From a virus (taxonomy: Duplodnaviria; Caudoviricetes): 64,000 bases of DNA. Below are positions 26,560 through 37,395 of this stretch, in pieces (position 1 is the first letter of the stretch; each line of letters opens with the position of its first letter). The notes beneath the pieces are model-generated. The model worked only from the letters and a program-made list of their open reading frames with translations. It was not told the DNA's origin and did not search any database. The position numbers and the translations under genes are program-made. The stretch covers positions 64,001 to 128,000 of the IMG/VR virus record IMGVR_UViG_3300022217_000003. One strand, 5' to 3'.

Positions 26560-27342
26560 TTAGCGAATTAAGGTTTGATGGGGACTCATCGTACGAATTC
26601 TCATCGAAAGTTGCTCACTAAGAATTATTGAGGGTGCAGTATTCTCCATCCAATGCTGTTTTTTTATGTCTTCTTTCTTTGACTGGTATGATTGCATAAG
26701 CATTTGCGCTATGCTATTATATTTTCCGCTACGGTCTATATTTAAACTTATTCCCGCATTGGAATATGAAAAGGTCTTGCCTACTTCGATAATACCAATA
26801 TTAATTAATGCAAATATTAGTGCGCCCTCAAGAAATATTCCCCTGAACTGAGGGACGCTTGCTTCAAAATTCTCAGGCGTATAAGCTGTAAATCCCGGTG
26901 GTGTCGAATTGAAGTCCCAAAATGCATTCTCAATGAACGTTCCGAGTTCGGAATCTGTCCACTTCTTCTTTGTTGAACTTGGGTGGACATCTCCAAGCCT
27001 CCTCCTTAATTCTACCAACATTGTTGATACAGAAGCAGATGATACATAAAAGTCCTGGAGAACATTCGTTTCTGTTTCCCCACTTTTCCACGTGAAATAA
27101 ACTTTATCATACCATGTAGTAATTGTAGATAAAATATTCGCAGGGATTGTTATATAATATACACCCGTTGATTCCTTTGTTGGTGTATATGATGTTACAG
27201 GGGAACTCTCATCTGGATTTGCATTATATATTTCAACCGTCCTAACCTCATAGGGATCATATACTATTCCTTCAATCCTGAAAGTGGTTTTTAATGTCAC
27301 AGGCTGATTATAAACAGCATTTCCTCTGTTGTAGGTAGCCAT
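26560..27342 (-). CDS. Head-tail adaptor (neck) protein
   Basis: ELRRRLGD, WTDSEL, FNSTPP, FSYSNAGISLNIDRS; N-terminal Ig-like part (ESTGVYY). Confidence 0.6.
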   Translation of the reverse strand: MATYNRGNAVYNQPVTLKTTFRIEGIVYDPYEVRTVEIYNANPDESSPVTSYTPTKESTGVYYITIPANILSTITTWYDKVYFTWKSGETETNVLQDFYVSSASVSTMLVELRRRLGDVHPSSTKKKWTDSELGTFIENAFWDFNSTPPGFTAYTPENFEASVPQFRGIFLEGALIFALINIGIIEVGKTFSYSNAGISLNIDRSGKYNSIAQMLMQSYQSKKEDIKKQHWMENTAPSIILSEQLSMRIRTMSPHQTLIR

Positions 27343-27426
27343 ATTATAAATACTCCATTTTACTAATTATATCTTGTGGTTTAAAATTATTATATTTTAA
27401 TTTTTTGATATTAAATTCCAAATATT

Positions 27427-28899
27427 TTATCCCTCTGAAACATTTCTTATCTCACCAGATTTTGCAAATATCAAATTTTGCTTTTCTTCCGTTGCAGGAT
27501 TCGTGGGAACACGGCTATCGAGTGCCGCAGTATCCGCCAAAATAGCATCAATCTCATCATCCTTATCGGTTTTAACGGAGCTTCCCATAATATTATTTGT
27601 CGGGAGTTTCCCTTGTATTTCATTTGTATCTACCAAGACTGCATCAACAACAGTATCTATAGTATCAATTTTTGTTTCATTTGCGTTGATTTCTGTTATA
27701 ATATCATAAAAATTAACTGTTGTCCCTCCGGTATTATTAGTCACTACTGCATTTCCATATATATTTATCGTTCCGGCTGTACAAGAATTAGCAATGGTAA
27801 TCGCACATCCTTTTGCAGAATGGATATTCACCGCCCCCCCGGTCATCGTTGCTAATGTAAAATGCCCTCCAACCCCTGAAAATTCACACCTTGAAGGAGA
27901 ATTAACTGTTATAATTGTATCAGCTAAAATGCTAAATTCTACATCATCAAAAGTAATATATCCATTATTTTTAAGGCTTAATGTATTTCCAACTTGGCAC
28001 GTCCTTGCAATGCCATTAAATGAACTTAGTGAATATAAAAGACAATTAGTAGCCATTATACAGTCCGTAAGGGATGACCCTCCAGCTTGAGCACCAGTTA
28101 AGATCAAGTCTCTAAAAGAACTGTGGTCAACATCCTGATTATTAATATTAAAAAGAAAAGTAGTATTAATATGTCCATTGCCCGTAAAGGCATAATATTG
28201 CATTGCTGCCGGAGTAACCCAATCCCCCTCAACATGGATGATCCGTATATTATTATTATCTGCTATTGTCTTAGCATTTGCTTCATCATTTACTGGATGT
28301 AATATTGTACCTAATGGATAAGCTGTCCCCGCTGCCCCCAAAACATTATCAAAATGAACACCTAATGGAAAACACGCCTCTTGAGAACGGAGTGTGGCTT
28401 CATCTAAAATCAAGTCTAATCTACCTCCATCTGCCCAATCCGCATCAAGTGCCGCAGTATCTTCCAAAATATCATCTACGATCCCATCTACGGTATCTAA
28501 TTTGCCGTCGTGAGTCGCCAATGCCGCTGATGTAGCTAAAGCACTTACATCCGCTTTATAAGAAGCCGCATTGTATGCAAAATAAGTATCTTCTTCAGAT
28601 GTCGCATTTCCATCTACTGTCCATTCCCATAATACCCTATAAAAGTTTCCTGCGGTAAATAAAGATTTGTCAACTAACACTCCATAATTACCGACTTTGG
28701 CATTGATTATTGCACAGGTAAAAGGACTTCCAGCTATTTCACTATTATCAAAAGTATTATCTGCCCCACCTTCTTCATATATAGAAACCGTGGGTGTAGC
28801 TGTAGGATTTGTTTTCACCCCCGCAGCAGTATTTGAAACTTTCTCAAAAGGAATATATGCCGGTAATAAATCTAATGGTAATGCTATTAATACACCCAT
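27427..28899 (-). CDS. Virion accessory/fibre-like structural protein
   Basis: N-terminal beta domain, repeated DT(V/I)D..VD.IL.DT segments, central beta-helix-like region; within the structural operon. Confidence 0.5.
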   Translation of the reverse strand: MGVLIALPLDLLPAYIPFEKVSNTAAGVKTNPTATPTVSIYEEGGADNTFDNSEIAGSPFTCAIINAKVGNYGVLVDKSLFTAGNFYRVLWEWTVDGNATSEEDTYFAYNAASYKADVSALATSAALATHDGKLDTVDGIVDDILEDTAALDADWADGGRLDLILDEATLRSQEACFPLGVHFDNVLGAAGTAYPLGTILHPVNDEANAKTIADNNNIRIIHVEGDWVTPAAMQYYAFTGNGHINTTFLFNINNQDVDHSSFRDLILTGAQAGGSSLTDCIMATNCLLYSLSSFNGIARTCQVGNTLSLKNNGYITFDDVEFSILADTIITVNSPSRCEFSGVGGHFTLATMTGGAVNIHSAKGCAITIANSCTAGTINIYGNAVVTNNTGGTTVNFYDIITEINANETKIDTIDTVVDAVLVDTNEIQGKLPTNNIMGSSVKTDKDDEIDAILADTAALDSRVPTNPATEEKQNLIFAKSGEIRNVSEG

Positions 28900-29657
28900 T
28901 ACATTAATCCTCCACTAAGCAAAGGCGAATGAATACTTCCATCTAATAATCCAAATCCCCCGGCTATTACTGGCGGGCCTTCATTATCGTTATCAACTAT
29001 ATCCGATAAGAAAGGAATAGCATTCTCATTGTATACTAGTATATCGTCAATAACTACATTGACACAAGATTGTTGATACACACCACCACCCGCAGCAATA
29101 GCAGCCAGAAATGCGTAGTTTGGATTAAGAACAGTAAAATTAAAAACTTTATTTCCCGAAAACAATTCAACCTTATTCCTATATACTGCCCATGTCTTAG
29201 CCCCATCAAATGTAGCATTAGCATCTACTATGACAACAAAATGATCAATGTCATTAGCGGCAAAAGTTAAGACAGCAGAACTGTACCCATCATCCCCTGC
29301 CGTATCCTTCAACACAACTCTAATCTCCCCCGTATTAAGCATTCCTAATAATAATCCATGATATACACCAGACCTTCGATCCCCCAAAAACCATTCAAAT
29401 GTGTTCCACGACGTGCTTGCTTTTTTCCATTTTGTCCAAAAATCAAGTACATACCGATTCGGATTTGGTGCTACATTGGACCTTCCGTATCCAAGTCCAG
29501 ATATAACATTACCAGGTCTTGCTCCATTATTAAATTTTGCTGATTCATGATTGATAGTACCCGTAATAGTTCCAGAAAAAGCCCCGATATCTGGGGTTAC
29601 TAAGTTAGCGTTATTTTCTGCCTTAGTATATAAAACTACTTCATCTGCTGCTGCCAT
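28899..29657 (-). CDS. LamG/concanavalin-like virion protein
   Basis: AKFNNG, LDFWTK, DHFVVIVD, AVYRN, IDDILVYN motifs. Confidence 0.55.
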   Translation of the reverse strand: MAAADEVVLYTKAENNANLVTPDIGAFSGTITGTINHESAKFNNGARPGNVISGLGYGRSNVAPNPNRYVLDFWTKWKKASTSWNTFEWFLGDRRSGVYHGLLLGMLNTGEIRVVLKDTAGDDGYSSAVLTFAANDIDHFVVIVDANATFDGAKTWAVYRNKVELFSGNKVFNFTVLNPNYAFLAAIAAGGGVYQQSCVNVVIDDILVYNENAIPFLSDIVDNDNEGPPVIAGGFGLLDGSIHSPLLSGGLM

Positions 29658-29660
29658 TTA

Positions 29661-29933
29661 TTATTCCTTATACTTTGGTCGATTAGCCTCTATAAAATCT
29701 ATTATAGTTTGGAATTTCTCTAAATCAGTTACGATAATATCAATATCAAGGTTTTCTGAAGTAAGTCCATTTTTAATCAGATTCTTTTCTGTTGGATCTC
29801 CTGATTTGATTATTCCCTGATATTTACTAACCATTATATTGACACTCTGTACAACAGATCTCAAGGCAGAGTCTGCTTGAAGCAATTCCTGTACAAATAC
29901 CTTAGCCTTTTCCTTTTCTTTTATTGTTGCCAT
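29661..29933 (-). CDS. Hypothetical helical protein
   Basis: GAGGT RBS; first gene of the structural run. Confidence 0.55.
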   Translation of the reverse strand: MATIKEKEKAKVFVQELLQADSALRSVVQSVNIMVSKYQGIIKSGDPTEKNLIKNGLTSENLDIDIIVTDLEKFQTIIDFIEANRPKYKE

Positions 29934-30009
29934 ATTTTACCTCTTTTTTTATTAAAAAGTATAGTTCTCTTTCTACTAATAGTGGTTTTATGAACTTTTT
30001 AAGATACAT

Positions 30010-30852
30010 TTAATCGTTTATTTTGACTATATGATACATGGGGTGAGACTTCATTACTTCTGGATGGTCTTTATCAAACTTTTTAACTGTAACAGGATCA
30101 CAATTAACCCCTTTTAGCCACTGGGGGTCAAACCAACCAGCCTCTTTTATTCTTTCTTCATACTTCTCTTTTGGGACTTCGGGTTCGTCCTGCCCTAAAA
30201 AAAACTCTATTTTTCTTTTCATCCTTTCAGATGTCCTGGCATGACCATAATGATAACATACCAACTCATCTTTATTAAATAATTTGAAAAACCCCTTCCA
30301 ATATTCCATAAAATATACATCATTAACAAATAGCGTGTGATCGCCTAATTTAGGTTCATAATCCTGATAATGCATATGTCCTTCAATATTTCTAAAGACC
30401 TTGGGCATTAAATATGAATTTTCAAAGGCATCATTAATAGATACATGCCAGAAGTCATGCCAAAAATGATGACTTCTGACCTGAAGACAGGATAATTTGG
30501 GGTTTTGTATATAAGTATCTCTAATATTTATTAAATGTTCTAATTTATATACTTCATCAGCGTCAATATAGTGTATCCAATCTGTCTGGCTCTCTTCCAA
30601 GTAAATATTTCGTTGATTATTCAAATGTTCAAACTTATTATGTATAAGTAGCACATCGTCTTCTCTGCCATACTGATGTATTTTATCTCTTATTATATCG
30701 AGTGTTGAATCTGTGCTTCCTCCATCAACCACAATTAAAGAATCGTAAATTTGCAATGGACCATCTATAGAATATTCTATCCATTTTTCTTCATCCTGTA
30801 CGATCATACAACCAGTTATAGTTTGTTTATTCACTTTTACCCTCCCCATCAA
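30010..30852 (-). CDS. Glycosyltransferase family 2
   Basis: CMIVQDEE, VVDGGSTDST, QRN, WIHYIDADE, YHYGH. Confidence 0.88.
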   Translation of the reverse strand: MMGRVKVNKQTITGCMIVQDEEKWIEYSIDGPLQIYDSLIVVDGGSTDSTLDIIRDKIHQYGREDDVLLIHNKFEHLNNQRNIYLEESQTDWIHYIDADEVYKLEHLINIRDTYIQNPKLSCLQVRSHHFWHDFWHVSINDAFENSYLMPKVFRNIEGHMHYQDYEPKLGDHTLFVNDVYFMEYWKGFFKLFNKDELVCYHYGHARTSERMKRKIEFFLGQDEPEVPKEKYEERIKEAGWFDPQWLKGVNCDPVTVKKFDKDHPEVMKSHPMYHIVKIND

Positions 30853-31018
30853 CTATGTCAAAATAATCTTCCCCGTCATCAATCATCCACTGTCTCGCTT
30901 GTTCTATAGTATAAATACTACCTTGAGTATAATAATCTATTATTCCCCATAAAACTTCTTTATCTGTCATTGAGGCAACCATATTTTCTAAATCTTCATA
31001 TGTTATTTTTTCTTTCAT
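30827..31018 (-). CDS. Small acidic hypothetical protein
   Basis: Start at ATG 31018 (ATGA overlap with the upstream stop). Confidence 0.55.
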   Translation of the reverse strand: MKEKITYEDLENMVASMTDKEVLWGIIDYYTQGSIYTIEQARQWMIDDGEDYFDIVDGEGKSE

Positions 31019-31305
31019 AAAACCTTTATCACCTTCCCATAAACTTGTTTTGTCCATCCGTTTACGTAATTGTGATTATTAGATATTTGACATCCTTTTT
31101 CATTATTCTTTGCCGTTACCAAGTGAGTTGTTATCATTCCTCTCACCTTACAGAATACAGCATCCCCAACCTTGGCTTTTTCCCATGTGCAAGGAGTTAA
31201 TAGTACTTTTTGCCCAGATTTTATTCTTGGAGTCATAGAATTTCCTTTACCCCTGTGTATTACATCTTCACCCCTTTGTAATTTTTCTATAACCATTCTT
31301 TTCAT
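31015..31305 (-). CDS. S24/S26-like peptidase domain protein (no TM)
   Basis: GNSMTPRIKSG, VGDAVF, THLV (Ser-His type), QVYGKV. Confidence 0.7.
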   Translation of the reverse strand: MKRMVIEKLQRGEDVIHRGKGNSMTPRIKSGQKVLLTPCTWEKAKVGDAVFCKVRGMITTHLVTAKNNEKGCQISNNHNYVNGWTKQVYGKVIKVL

Positions 31306-31427
31306 TTAATAAAACCACTCACAAATAGAGTTATTATTAACAAGATACACATAAACACCATAATATACCACAACCAATTAGGCACTCCATCGTAATAAAA
31401 TTGTGGTTTTAATATTGGTTTTACCAT
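31302..31427 (-). CDS. 41-aa single-TM protein (not in ORF track)
   Basis: GGGAG RBS; MVKPILKPQFYYDGVPNWLWYIMVFMCILLIITLFVSGFIK; ATGA overlap with the peptidase gene. Confidence 0.6.
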   Translation of the reverse strand: MVKPILKPQFYYDGVPNWLWYIMVFMCILLIITLFVSGFIK

Positions 31428-31428
31428 T

Positions 31429-33468
31429 CTATTCTCCCTTAACCATTAATTTAACTAACTCTTCAAACTTAACAGTTGGCTCCCATCCCAATATATTTTT
31501 TGCTTTAGACGCATCGCCTATTAATAAGTCAACTTCCGCTGGCCTAAAATGTTTTTCGTTAATCTCTACTAAAACTCTATTGGTTTTTTTATCAATTCCC
31601 TTTTCTAATATCCCCTTACCTTCCCATGTTATGTTTATATTAATCTCTCTAAATGCTAATTCTACAAATTTCCTAACAGAATGAGTCTCACCTGTTGCGA
31701 CAACATAATCATCTGGATTATCTTGCTGTAACATCAAATACATTGCATTGCAATATTCTGGAGCATATCCCCAATCTCTTTGAGCTTCAAGGTTCCCTAA
31801 TTGCAATGGCTCGCTACCATCGGAACGATTTATATAATCCGTTATTTTTTTTGTTACAAATGTTCCGCCCCTTCTAGGTGAATTACCAATAATAGATGTG
31901 CCAATACCTGCATTCAAACAACCCGATTCCGTTTCTATGTCATAAACATAATTACTAGGCTGTATTTTCATTATTTTTTTTATAATTTTAGGATCCCTTT
32001 TGAGATGCTGTCCCTTCTTTGTATTAATATCAGAATGTAAATTTATTTTATAAAATGGTTTACCATCTTGCATACGCACATTTGCATTAAAGGTTTGCTT
32101 CCGAATAGAATCTATGAGTAAAAGGACTCCTTGAGCTAAAAGAGGGGAGGTTGTTCCAAAGGACTTGTATTTATATACACATTTATCTTTTTTTAAACCA
32201 TCACCTAGATAATATCCTTCTAAAAATGCTTCTTTTATATCGTTGGTAGAATTAAATATTCTGCTTGGGATCTTTTTTAATTTTGTTTTTTTTTCATAAA
32301 GCCCTTGTCTAATATTTTTCACAATAAAGGAAGGAACACCATTAACATCTATATATTCTGATTTACCTCCAAATCCAGAAACACCGATTGTATATCTAAA
32401 GTTGTATGATCCGAATACCTTTTTGCATAAATCCATAAAGATTTGTCTAATATTTTTATCTATATTACTAAATCTCATTTTTCCACCTGATACATATCCA
32501 TCTGCCATTAACATTCCTAATAATTTAGCCTCTTCCTTTGTAATAGCGACATAGGTATTTAAAATAGGGTATTTACCAAATTTTATTTTATCATCAATGC
32601 ATAAATCCCTTGCTTCAATTTTTTCATCATTATTTTTTATATAGCTATGATTAGGTGTTGTAATAGATATTGAATTTCTAGTATTTATAACTAAGCCTAC
32701 CCTGTCATTTTCATTTAATGTCTTTATCTTCCTTCTTGTTATAGTTTTAATTCTTACAAATTCATCTCCATCCCAAACATATTTATTTTTACTTTCAATA
32801 TTTTGTGATAAAACAGAATTATCTTTTGTCGTATTTTTTCTCTCCGGTGCTAAATTCCTTATAAAATCTATATCAATATATCCATTTTCATCTTTTATTA
32901 TTATAGGCGTATCTGCATAAAAGCATTCATGATTAAAAAGTATCCCATTGGATATGTGCATTCCATAAGCTTCTCTATAATTTTTACATATCCAAAAAGA
33001 ATACAGCTTTGCTACTCCATAGGGGCTACGCGGATAAAAAGGGGTGTCTTCCTTCTGTGGAATTTCCTGAACTTTTCCATATAATTCACTGGTTGTCGCA
33101 TTATATATTCTAACCTTTTTCTCTAACCCTAATATTCTAACAGCTTCCAATAATCTCAATGTCCCAATCGCATCAACGTTTGCGGTATATTCGGGGATCT
33201 CAAATGAGACGGCTACATGGCTCTGCGCCGAAAGATTATATATTTCATCGGGACTAACCCTCCTTATAGTATTAATCAAATTAGCGGAATCTGTTACATC
33301 GCCATAATATAAATTTACCTTTGATAACGCATGATCTATTCTACCTGTATTAAAAGATGAACTCCTCCTTACGATGCCGTGAACTTCATATCCTTTTTCC
33401 AATAACAAATCCATTAAGTGTGACCCATCCATGCCGGTTATCCCCGTTATCAAAGCAACTTTTTTCAT
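31429..33468 (-). CDS. gmd: GDP-mannose 4,6-dehydratase with intein
   Basis: [45 protein letters not shown]|SPRRG split by the intein, [16 protein letters not shown]. Start at TAATG overlap. Confidence 0.95.
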   Translation of the reverse strand: MKKVALITGITGMDGSHLMDLLLEKGYEVHGIVRRSSSFNTGRIDHALSKVNLYYGDVTDSANLINTIRRVSPDEIYNLSAQSHVAVSFEIPEYTANVDAIGTLRLLEAVRILGLEKKVRIYNATTSELYGKVQEIPQKEDTPFYPRSPYGVAKLYSFWICKNYREAYGMHISNGILFNHECFYADTPIIIKDENGYIDIDFIRNLAPERKNTTKDNSVLSQNIESKNKYVWDGDEFVRIKTITRRKIKTLNENDRVGLVINTRNSISITTPNHSYIKNNDEKIEARDLCIDDKIKFGKYPILNTYVAITKEEAKLLGMLMADGYVSGGKMRFSNIDKNIRQIFMDLCKKVFGSYNFRYTIGVSGFGGKSEYIDVNGVPSFIVKNIRQGLYEKKTKLKKIPSRIFNSTNDIKEAFLEGYYLGDGLKKDKCVYKYKSFGTTSPLLAQGVLLLIDSIRKQTFNANVRMQDGKPFYKINLHSDINTKKGQHLKRDPKIIKKIMKIQPSNYVYDIETESGCLNAGIGTSIIGNSPRRGGTFVTKKITDYINRSDGSEPLQLGNLEAQRDWGYAPEYCNAMYLMLQQDNPDDYVVATGETHSVRKFVELAFREININITWEGKGILEKGIDKKTNRVLVEINEKHFRPAEVDLLIGDASKAKNILGWEPTVKFEELVKLMVKGE
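31882..32925 (-). mobile_element. Intein (348 aa) with LAGLIDADG homing endonuclease
   Basis: Begins CFYADTPI; block B TTPNH; LLGMLMADG and [10 protein letters not shown]; block F YVYDIETE; ends IIGN before Ser+1. Confidence 0.93.
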
Positions 33469-34613
33469 TAAATAACTCTCCTTATTACATCGCAAACAAA
33501 TTGTATATCATCTTTAGTTAGATTGGGATGGTTAGGAACATAGAATCCGCAATTATCTATATGTTGTGCCATGTTATCGTAAACAATACAATTTGCTTTT
33601 TTAATAAATGGTTGGTTTCCCATATTCCCACATACGAGCGGTCTATTTTCTATATTATTTTTATTTAATGCTTTTATTATTTTATCTCTTTTGGTATGAA
33701 CAATGGGATATGCGAAACTTGATATTGTGTCGCCTTTATGTCCCCTTAATGGACTACACATATTCAGATATTCTTGATATAAATTAAAGTTATCTTGACG
33801 CTTTTGAACTATATCATCCAATTTATCCAATTGCCTAAGCCCTAAAAATGCGCCTATCTCAGTATTTCTAATATTAAATCCAGGATAATAGAACTTATAA
33901 AGAGACTCAAATTCACTAACCTTATACTTTTTTCTCAATTTCTTTTGATCTTTAGATGGCAGATCCCTACTCCATCCATGATTTCGTATCATTCTTAATA
34001 TGTTGTACAACTCTTTATCATCTGTACACACAGCTCCGCCTTCTACGCAACTCATTTGATGACTCATATACATAGAATGACTACTCATTAATCCAAAATT
34101 ACCTAATTTTTTTAATTTATACTGACTACCGATTGACTCACAATTGTCTTCAAGAAGTATTACATCATATTCCTTGCATAGATGTATTATTTCATCATAT
34201 TGAGGAGAAAATCCTAATATATTTACTGCCAATAGCACTGCGGGTTTATATTTTTTGAATATTTTACTTAAACAATCTAGATCAACACTGAAATTATTCA
34301 ATTCAACATCGCAAATAATTGTTTGAAATCCTAATTGTATCCCAGGAGAGGCAGAGGTTGCCCAACTTATTGCTGGTATTACTATTTTATTATTTTTCAA
34401 CCTACCTGATAATTTTAAAGCATATATCATTGCCAAATTAGCTGAACTTCCTGAATTAACAAATACACAGTGCTTACATCCTATATAATCAGAAAACTTT
34501 TGTTCAAATTCTTTTACTAATTCGCCCTGAGATAGCCTTGGATTGGTCAATATCCATTCCGCCAAAGTCCTTCGGTCTCTTTTATCAAAATTATCCGATG
34601 CTAATTTAATCAC
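33468..34613 (-). CDS. colD: GDP-4-keto-6-deoxymannose 3-dehydratase (ColD-type, DegT family)
   Basis: [17 protein letters not shown], His at the PLP-Lys position ([14 protein letters not shown]), RNHGWSRDL. Confidence 0.75.
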   Translation of the reverse strand: MIKLASDNFDKRDRRTLAEWILTNPRLSQGELVKEFEQKFSDYIGCKHCVFVNSGSSANLAMIYALKLSGRLKNNKIVIPAISWATSASPGIQLGFQTIICDVELNNFSVDLDCLSKIFKKYKPAVLLAVNILGFSPQYDEIIHLCKEYDVILLEDNCESIGSQYKLKKLGNFGLMSSHSMYMSHQMSCVEGGAVCTDDKELYNILRMIRNHGWSRDLPSKDQKKLRKKYKVSEFESLYKFYYPGFNIRNTEIGAFLGLRQLDKLDDIVQKRQDNFNLYQEYLNMCSPLRGHKGDTISSFAYPIVHTKRDKIIKALNKNNIENRPLVCGNMGNQPFIKKANCIVYDNMAQHIDNCGFYVPNHPNLTKDDIQFVCDVIRRVI

Positions 34614-35538
34614 TAATTAATTCCTTATAATACTCAACTGTTTTTTCTATACCTTCTTCTAAATTAGTCGTTGCCTTCCAACCCAATTTATTTATTTTAG
34701 AAACATCAAGACATTTTAATTTCATCCCATCTGGCTTTGAGGTATCATATTTAAACTTACCTTTCCATTCTATAACCCTTGCCACCGTTTCCGCAAGCTC
34801 AGTAATGCTTGCATCCTTACCTGTCCCAACATTTAAAAATGTTTTTGATTTGATATTATTCATTGCCCATACCATACAATCGGCAAGGTCTTCAACGTAT
34901 AAAAATTCTCTCCTGGGCTCTCCTGTCCCCCAGATAGTTATTACTTTTTTATTACTTTTTTTTGCATCATATATCTTTTTTATAAGGGACTGCAATACAT
35001 GGGAGTCCGTAGGGTCAAAGTGGTCATATATGCCATATAGATTAGTGGGGGATAAAATTATAAACTTATCCCCTAATGTTTTATTCGCATATTCACATAG
35101 TTTCGTACCGCATATCTTTGAAAGGGCATATCCTTCATTGGTGGGCTCCACAGGTGCTTCTAATAAATATGATTCCTTTAGCGGTTGTTTGTAATCTCTG
35201 GGGAACATACACGCAGAGGCAAGGTACATAGTTTTTTCAACATTATATTTTATAGCACAATTGATAATATTGTTTTGTATCATAAGATTTTCATATAAAA
35301 ACTTATATGGTTCATTTATATTCGCCTGTATACCCCCTACAATTGAGGCACAATGATATATATACATGGGTCTATGGCAACGGATAAAAGATTCTGTATC
35401 TTCCTGGCTTGTAAGATCTAATTGATTATGTTCTCTTGTTATAATATTATCATATCCGGATTCCTTTAGTTTCTTCACAAGATTCCTTCCAACTAACCCC
35501 GTTGCACCCGATACATATATCAGATCTTCTTTTTTCAT
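34606..35538 (-). CDS. fcl: GDP-L-fucose/colitose synthase (Fcl/ColC)
   Basis: GATGLVG, VGGIQAN, EPTNEGYALSK, PTNLYG..DHF, WGTGEPRREFLYVED, KPDGM. Confidence 0.9.
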   Translation of the reverse strand: MKKEDLIYVSGATGLVGRNLVKKLKESGYDNIITREHNQLDLTSQEDTESFIRCHRPMYIYHCASIVGGIQANINEPYKFLYENLMIQNNIINCAIKYNVEKTMYLASACMFPRDYKQPLKESYLLEAPVEPTNEGYALSKICGTKLCEYANKTLGDKFIILSPTNLYGIYDHFDPTDSHVLQSLIKKIYDAKKSNKKVITIWGTGEPRREFLYVEDLADCMVWAMNNIKSKTFLNVGTGKDASITELAETVARVIEWKGKFKYDTSKPDGMKLKCLDVSKINKLGWKATTNLEEGIEKTVEYYKELISD

Positions 35539-36569
35539 AACCTATCCAACATAATACATTTATTATTAGAAACATATTTTTTTTCTGTTTCTATTGAAGC
35601 GCATTCATTTATAATATTCATAAATTCTTCTTTTGTAATAGGTTCTTCTTCCCACATACAGGCCTTCTTTGAGAATATTCCACGTTCGACCCTATCATTC
35701 CATGTTCCCTGATATACAGGATGCATTTTATCAGTTAGTATTACTGGGAAATTGGATCTGGTATGACTTGAAATAGCACCACCCATTCCGTCAGCTATTA
35801 AGCCCTTTGATAAATAAAGTAAGCATAATAATTCACTATATGTCATGTCCTCGCTATTAATTTCATGATAATTTCCGTGTTCTATACCTGTAGGAAAACA
35901 GGGGAATCCAATATTAACCACGCCATAACCATTATTTAGCATTTCTTCAAAATGGGACTTAATTTCCATTCGTGTGTTATGCATAGGGGCCTTAAAACTA
36001 AAATTTCTTGTTATAGCGAGAAAAGTTTTGTCTGTAAATAAATGTTTATATTGGCTATCTATTTTTTCTTTGTCTTCTTGGAAAGGATATATAAAATTAC
36101 CTTCCTTTATACACCTTCCTATATTTCCAAATTCAATATAAAACTGCCCCCACATGTCCTTATTATATTCTGATTCGGTATTTTGACTAAAAATTTTACA
36201 ATCAGGGGGCAATGCATCTAATATTTCTTGACATGGATAAGGCCCATCATGGAAATAATGGAAATCGCATTCCAGATAATGTTTATTAATATATTCAATA
36301 GCCATTTTCATAAAACCAGATGTTACATACCCAGGGACATCCCTTTCGTTTTGCTCTAGAATATATGGATAATTTGCCTTCGCCCTTGCTAAAAATTCTG
36401 TCGAAACACAAAGCATTTCATCTGCATATGTTATTAATGACGCAGCCACATAAGGGACAACTGCAACAACTTTATCATATTCTTTTTTTAATTTATAGAG
36501 ATATGTGCAATCGAATCGGTTGAATGCGTGAAATTCCCCGAAGGGACCAAAGGCTACGGCGATTTTCAT
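35535..36569 (-). CDS. Possible glycosyltransferase (GT-B-like), uncertain
   Basis: Soluble alpha/beta protein between neuB and fcl; no firm motif. Confidence 0.3.
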   Translation of the reverse strand: MKIAVAFGPFGEFHAFNRFDCTYLYKLKKEYDKVVAVVPYVAASLITYADEMLCVSTEFLARAKANYPYILEQNERDVPGYVTSGFMKMAIEYINKHYLECDFHYFHDGPYPCQEILDALPPDCKIFSQNTESEYNKDMWGQFYIEFGNIGRCIKEGNFIYPFQEDKEKIDSQYKHLFTDKTFLAITRNFSFKAPMHNTRMEIKSHFEEMLNNGYGVVNIGFPCFPTGIEHGNYHEINSEDMTYSELLCLLYLSKGLIADGMGGAISSHTRSNFPVILTDKMHPVYQGTWNDRVERGIFSKKACMWEEEPITKEEFMNIINECASIETEKKYVSNNKCIMLDRL

Positions 36570-36573
36570 TTAA

Positions 36574-37395
36574 TTACTTCCTCAACTTTTTTTTTATTGG
36601 AATTTCGCTATCCAAACACCTTATCACCCCATCGCCCCATGACTTTTTGTAACTATTTAATATGTCTTTTATTTTTAAAACCCCTGGTATTTCTATTGAA
36701 GCGGATTGATCAGACCCATACATTGCACGATCCAATGTAATATGATACTCCGCCATCTCACAGCCAAGAGCGTACGCCATTGTAATAAAATGTATCCCAG
36801 GAGAATGATTGGAAAATCCTATCTTATATTTATGACCATAAAAATCCTGTAATGTTTTTATTCTATTCATGTTCATGTCTTCGTCTGACGTGGGATATGT
36901 TGAAGTTGTAGATAAAATATATTCCACACTATCCCCAAGTATTCCCAATGCGTTATTTAATTCTTCGGGTGATGTCATCCCCGTAGAAAGAATAATTGGC
37001 TTACCCGTTTCCTTTATCTTTTCCAACAATTCAATATCAGTATTAGATGCTGATGCAACCTTTATAAATGGTATATCATATTGCATTAAAAAATCGACAG
37101 ATGCGCAATCCCATGGGCTCGCATACCACTTAATCCCTTTTTCTTTACAGTAACGATCTATCTCATCATAATCTTCCTTAGAATATTCCAATTGATTCTT
37201 TAAGTCCCTATTTGTTTTGCCATAAGGTGATTCCCTTAGTTTATCTAATTCTGCTTCAGTATAAACATTTTCTATAGTTCGCTTTTGAAACTTCACTGCA
37301 AAGCACCCCCCCAATACAGCTACGTCAATTAACTTTTTAGTTAAGTCTATATTCCCTAATCCATTTATTCCTATTTCAGCTACTAATTTCATCAA
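36574..37395 (-). CDS. neuB: NeuB-family nonulosonate synthase, short form
   Basis: AEIGIN, AVKFQKR, IKVAS, IILSTGM, STYP, GFSNH, EYHITLDR; no C-terminal SAF domain. Confidence 0.88.
   Translation of the reverse strand: MMKLVAEIGINGLGNIDLTKKLIDVAVLGGCFAVKFQKRTIENVYTEAELDKLRESPYGKTNRDLKNQLEYSKEDYDEIDRYCKEKGIKWYASPWDCASVDFLMQYDIPFIKVASASNTDIELLEKIKETGKPIILSTGMTSPEELNNALGILGDSVEYILSTTSTYPTSDEDMNMNRIKTLQDFYGHKYKIGFSNHSPGIHFITMAYALGCEMAEYHITLDRAMYGSDQSASIEIPGVLKIKDILNSYKKSWGDGVIRCLDSEIPIKKKLRK

Noticed and set aside
27343-30009. Shared AAACCAC...ATTAGTA in two intergenic gaps as a late promoter
   Set aside because: Only two instances, with different spacing, in very AT-rich DNA; insufficient support.
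33468-34613. Perosamine synthase
   Set aside because: The catalytic Lys is replaced by His, as in ColD.
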